A program made the translations under genes and the position numbers. From Eledone cirrhosa (lineage: Eukaryota): a DNA stretch of 64,000 nt. The notes under the pieces are model-generated. The model made no database searches and was not told where the DNA came from. It saw nothing but the letters and a program-made list of their open reading frames with translations. The stretch is from the NCBI GenBank assembly GCA_964016885.1, contig OZ024754.1, forward strand, positions 12,152,001 through 12,216,000, given 5' to 3'. Below are positions 58,327 to 64,000 of the stretch, piece by piece. How positions within the stretch are numbered: position 1 is the first letter of the stretch; each line of letters begins with the position of its first letter.

Positions 58327-58448
58327 CATTATGTAGTGTTCCTGTCCAAAAGCATTCCCAGTGATAATTGTGATTTTAGGAACAGTAGCACAGCTCACCG
58401 ATGCCAGCATCTGGCCATGGCTTTTGATCTTACTGGACATGTAGACAC
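58327..58448 (-). CDS. MCCC2L: MCCC2-like carboxyltransferase beta subunit, internal exon (xVYMSSKIKSHGQMLASVSCATVPKITIITGNAFGQEHYIM)
   Basis: Acceptor ctttattacAG and donor GTgagt, 122 nt. The peptide matches the MCCC2 motif AKMVAAVACAxVPKITxIIGGSYGAGNYGM. Earlier exons lie beyond the window end. Confidence 0.9.
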
Positions 58449-58913
58449 CTGTAATAAAGGGAGGTAAGACATGTAGAGACATGTGATAAAGGGAGGTAAG
58501 ACATGTAGAGACGTGATAAAGGGAGAGAAAAAATGTAGACATCTGTGGTGGAGGGAGGGTAGACATAGAGATAAAGGTGACTGAGGTAAGGTATGGAAGA
58601 ATGAGAGGAGGAGGTGATAGAGAGGGGAGACAGCGGGATACAGAGAGATAGAGGAGGTGAGATAGAGACATAGAGAGATGGAGGAGACAGAGAGACATAA
58701 AGAGATAGCGAGAAGGAAAGACAGAAAAAGTCAAAGAGAGAGGAAAGAAAGATAGAGAGAGAGAGAAGGAAGTAAAGAATCTAAGGGATAGGTAAAGAGG
58801 GAGAGAGAGAGAAACAAAACATTTGATAAAATGGGATTTGTATGAAGAAGATAGATGGATAAAAGACCAAGTCAGACAGAGATAGATAGATAGAGACAGA
58901 CAGGTAGACAGAC

Positions 58914-61900
58914 ATGATAAAGAGTACCTATTACACCCTCTAAAGTGGTAATGTTGGTGCCATGATAAAGAGTACCTATTACACCCCCTAAAGTGGTAGT
59001 GTTGGTGCCATGATAAAGAGTACCTATTACACTCTGTAAAGTGGTAATGCTGGTGCCATGGTAAAGAGTACCTATTACACCCCCTAAAGTGGTAATGTTG
59101 GTGCCATGATAAAGAGTACCCATTACACCCCCTAAAGTGGTAGTGTTGGTGCCATGATAAAGAGTACCTATTACACCCCCTAAAGTGGTAATGTTGGTGC
59201 CATGATAAAGAGTACCTATTACACTCTGTAAAGTGGTAATGTTGGTGCCATGATAAAGAGTACCTATTACACCCCCTAAAGTGGTAATGTTGGTGCCATG
59301 ATAAAGAGTACCTATTACACTCTGTAAAGTGGTAGTGTTGGTGCCATGATAAAGAGTACCTATTACACCCCCTAAAGTGGTAATGTTGGTGCCATGATAA
59401 AGAGTACCTATTACACTCTGTAAAGTGGTAATGTTGGTGCCATGATAAAGAGTACCTATTACACTCTGTAAAGTGGTAATGTTGGTGCCATGATAAAGAG
59501 TACCTATTACACTCTGTAAAGTGGTAGTGTTGGTGCCATGATAAAGAGTACCTATTACACCCCCTAAAGTGGTAATGTTGGTGCCATGATAAAGAGTACC
59601 TATTGCACTCTGTAAAGTGGTAATGTTGGTGCCATGATAAAGAGTACCTATTACACTCTGTAAAGTGGTAATGTTGGTGCCATGATAAAGAGTACCTATT
59701 ACACTCTGTAAAGTGGTAGTGTTGGTGCCATGATAAAGAGAACCTATTACACCCCCTAAAGTGGTAATGTTGGTGCCATGATAAAGAGTACCTATTACAC
59801 TCTGTAAAGTGGTAATCCTGGTGCCATGATAAAGAGTACCTATTACACTCTGTAAAGTGGTAATGTTGGTGCCATGATAAAGAGTACCTATTACACTCTG
59901 TAAAGTGGTAATGTTGGTGCCATGATAAAGAGTACCTATTACACCCCCTAAAGTGGTAATGTTGGTGCCATGATAAAGAGTACCTATTCCACTCTGTAAA
60001 GTGGTAATCCTGGTGCCATGATAAAGAGTACCTATTACACTCTGTAAAGTGGTAGTGTTGGTGCCATGATAAAGAGTACCTATTCCACTCTGTAAAGTGG
60101 TAATGCTGGTGCCATGATAAAGAGTACCTATTACACTCTGTAAAGTGGTAATGTTGTTGCCATGATAAAGAGTACCTATTACACTCTGTAAAGTGGTAAT
60201 GTTGGTGCCATGATAAAGAGTACCTATTACACTCTGTAAAGTGGTAATGTTGGTGCCATGATAAAGAGTACCTATTACACTCTGTAAAGTGGTAATGCTG
60301 GTGCCATGATAAAGAGTACCTATTACACTCTGTAAAGTGGTAGTGTTGGTGCCATGATAAAGAGTACCTATTCCACTCTGTAAAGTGGTAATGCTGGTGC
60401 CATGATAAAGAGTACCTATTACACTCTGTAAAGTGGTAATGCTGGTGCCATGATAAAGAGTACCTATTACACTCTGTAAAGTGGTAGTGTTGGTGCCATG
60501 ATAAAGAGTACCTATTCCACTCTGTAAAGTGGTAATGCTGGTGCCATGATAAAGAGTACCTATTACACTCCGTAGGTAATGTTGTTGCCATGATAAAGAG
60601 TACCTATTACACTCTGTAAAGTGGTAATGCTGGTGCCATGATAAAGAGTACCTATTACACTCTGTAAAGTGGTAATGCTGGTGCCATGATAAAGAGTACC
60701 TATTACACTCCGTAGGTAATGTTGGTGCCATGATAAAGAGTACCTATTACACTCTGTAAAGTGGTAATGCTGGTGCCATGATAAAGAGTACCTATTACAC
60801 TCCGTAGGTAATGTTGTTGCCATGATAAAGAGTACCTATTACACTCTGTAAAGTGGTAATGCTGGTGCCATGATAAAGAGTACCTATTACACTCTGTAAA
60901 GTGGTAATGCTGGTGCCATGATAAAGAGTACCTATTACACTCCGTAGGTAATGTTGGTGCCATGATAAAGAGTACCTATTACACTCTGTAAAGTGGTAAT
61001 GCTGGTGCCATGATAAAGAGTACCTATTACACTCTGTAGGTAATGTTGTTGCCATGATAAAGAGTACCTATTACACTCTGTAAAGTGGTAATGTTGGTGC
61101 CATGATAAAGAGTACCTATTACACTCTGTAAAGTGGTAATGCTGGTGCCATGATAAAGAGTACCTATTACACTCCGTAGGTAATGTTGTTGCCATGATAA
61201 AGAGTACCTATTACACTCTGTAAAGTGGTAATGTTGTTGCCATGATAAAGAGTACCTATTACACTCTGTAAAGTGGTAATCCTGGTGCCATGATAAAGAG
61301 TACCTATTACACTCTGTAAAGTGGTAATGCTGGTGCCATGATAAAGAGTACCTATTACACTCTGTAAAGTGGTAATGTTGGTGCCATGATAAAGAGTACC
61401 TATTACACTCTGTAAAGTGGTAATGCTGGTGCCATGATAAAGAGTACCTATTACACTCTGTAAAGTGGTAATGCTGGTGCCATGATAAAGAGTACCTATT
61501 ACACTCTGTAAAGTGGTAATGTTGTTGCCATGATAAAGAGTACCTATTACACTCTGTAAAGTGGTAATGTTGGTGCCATGATAAAGAGTACCTATTACAC
61601 TCTGTAAAGTGGTAATGTTGGTGCCATGATAAAGAGTACCTATTACACTCTGTAAAGTGGTAATGCTGGTGCCATGATAAAGAGTACCTATTACACTCTG
61701 TAAAGTGGTAGTGTTGGTGCCATGATAAAGAGTACCTATTCCACTCTGTAAAGTGGTAATGCTGGTGCCATGATAAAGAGTACCTATTACACTCTGTAAA
61801 GTGGTAATGCTGGTGCCATGATAAAGAGTACCTATTACACTCTGTAAAGTGGTAGTGTTGGTGCCATGATAAAGAGTACCTATTCCACTCTGTAAAGTGG

Positions 61901-64000
61901 TAATGCTGGTGCCATGATAAAGAGTACCTATTACACTCCGTAGGTAATGTTGTTGCCATGATAAAGAGTACCTATTACACTCTGTAAAGTGGTAATGCTG
62001 GTGCCATGATAAAGAGTACCTATTACACTCTGTAAAGTGGTAATGCTGGTGCCATGATAAAGAGTACCTATTACACTCCGTAGGTAATGTTGGTGCCATG
62101 ATAAAGAGTACCTATTACACTCTGTAAAGTGGTAATGCTGGTGCCATGATAAAGAGTACCTATTACACTCCGTAGGTAATGTTGTTGCCATGATAAAGAG
62201 TACCTATTACACTCTGTAAAGTGGTAATGCTGGTGCCATGATAAAGAGTACCTATTACACTCTGTAAAGTGGTAATGCTGGTGCCATGATAAAGAGTACC
62301 TATTACACTCCGTAGGTAATGTTGGTGCCATGATAAAGAGTACCTATTACACTCTGTAAAGTGGTAATGCTGGTGCCATGATAAAGAGTACCTATTACAC
62401 TCTGTAGGTAATGTTGTTGCCATGATAAAGAGTACCTATTACACTCTGTAAAGTGGTAATGTTGGTGCCATGATAAAGAGTACCTATTACACTCTGTAAA
62501 GTGGTAATGCTGGTGCCATGATAAAGAGTACCTATTACACTCCGTAGGTAATGTTGTTGCCATGATAAAGAGTACCTATTACACTCTGTAAAGTGGTAAT
62601 GTTGTTGCCATGATAAAGAGTACCTATTACACTCTGTAAAGTGGTAATCCTGGTGCCATGATAAAGAGTACCTATTACACTCTGTAAAGTGGTAATGCTG
62701 GTGCCATGATAAAGAGTACCTATTACACTCTGTAAAGTGGTAATGTTGGTGCCATGATAAAGAGTACCTATTACACTCTGTAAAGTGGTAATGCTGGTGC
62801 CATGATAAAGAGTACCTATTACACTCTGTAAAGTGGTAATGCTGGTGCCATGATAAAGAGTACCTATTACACTCTGTAAAGTGGTAATGCTGGTGCCATG
62901 ATAAAGAGTACCTATTACACTCCGTAGGTAATGTTGGTGCCATGATAAAGAGTACCTATTACACTCTGTAAAGTGGTAATGTTGGTGCCATGATAAAGAG
63001 TACCTATTACACTCTGTAAAGTGGTAATGCTGGTGCCATGGTAAAGAGTACCTATTACACTCTGTAAAGTGGTAGTGTTGGTGCCATGATAAAGAGTACC
63101 TATTACACTCTGTAAAGTGGTAATGTTGGTGCCATGATAAAGAGTACCTATTACACTCTGTAAAGTGGTAATGTTGGTGCCATGATAAAGAGTACCTATT
63201 ACACCCTCTAAAGTGGTAATGTTGATGCCATCATAAAGAGTACCTATTACACTCTGTAAAGTGGTAATGCTGGTGCCATGATAAAGAGTACCTATTACAC
63301 TCTGTAAAGTGGTAATGTTGGTGCCATGATAAAGAGTACCTATTACACTCTGTAGGTAATGTTGATGCCATGATAAAGAGTACCTATTACACTCTGTAAA
63401 GTGGTAATGTTGGTGCCATGATACAGAGTACCTATTACACTCTGTAAAGTGGTAATGTTGGTGCCATGATAAAGAGTACCTATTACACTCTGTAAAGTGG
63501 TAATTTTGGTGCCATGATAAAGAGTACCTATTACACCCCCTAAAGTGGTAATGTTGGTGCCATGATAAAGAGTACCTATTCCACTCTGTAAAGTGGTAAT
63601 GTTGGTGCCATGATAAAGAGTACCTATTACACTCCATAGGTAATGTTGGTGCCATGATAAAGAGTACCTATTACACTCCGTAGGTAATGTTGGTGCCATG
63701 ATAAAGAGTACCTATTACACTCCGTAGGTAATGTTGGTGCCATGATAAAGAGTACCTATTGCAATCTGTAAAGTGGTAATGCTGTTGCCATGATAAAGAG
63801 TACCTATTACACTCTGTAAAGTGGTAATGCTGGTGCCATGATAAAGAGTACCTATTACACCCTCTAAAGTGGTAATGTTGGTGCCATGATAAAGAGTACC
63901 TATTACACCCTCTAAAGTGGTAATGTTGGTGCCATGATAAAGAGTACCTATTACACTCTGTAAAGTGGTAATGTTGGTGCCATGATAAAGAGTACCTATT
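58914..64000. repeat. 48-bp tandem satellite with 44-bp variant units, intronic, running off the window end
   Basis: Unit CATGATAAAGAGTACCTATTACACTCTGTAAAGTGGTAATGTTGGTGC repeated about 105 times. It produces the RYSLSWHQHYHFTECN and QSVIGTLYHGTNITTL pseudo-ORFs. Confidence 0.98.

Noticed and set aside
58291-63699. Long repeat-protein ORFs (766, 619 and 310 aa) on the minus strand
   Set aside because: They are translations of the 48-bp satellite. The 766-aa ORF merely runs through intron sequence into the frame of the real exon at 58327-58448.

Overview
This is animal genomic DNA, AT-rich and saturated with microsatellites. The repeat families and microsatellite load suggest an octopus or other cephalopod (inference). 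Nearly all long ORFs in the track are translations of simple repeats or satellite. The one confident host gene is on the minus strand: the last four coding exons of a methylcrotonyl-CoA carboxylase beta (MCCC2)-like carboxyltransferase (58448->53851). Its upstream intron holds a >5 kb 48-bp satellite with a 1368-bp higher-order duplication. The rest is transposon debris: tRNA-derived SINEs, fragments of CR1/jockey-like, RTE, R4/Dong-like and Tx1-like LINEs, a probable Helitron, and two Penelope-like element (PLE) remnants with GIY-YIG ORF pieces. The most striking signal is a dense population of short, mostly (TA)n-embedded fold-back elements from about ten unrelated families. They carry type I hammerhead ribozyme (HHR) motifs, with about 20 complete or near-complete motifs read by eye. 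These show compensatory base changes, recurrent non-canonical cores (CAGAAGA, CCGAGGA, a U-U pair closing stem II) and inversion points that appear to be created anew at each insertion. All structures were derived by eye; no folding program or database search was run.
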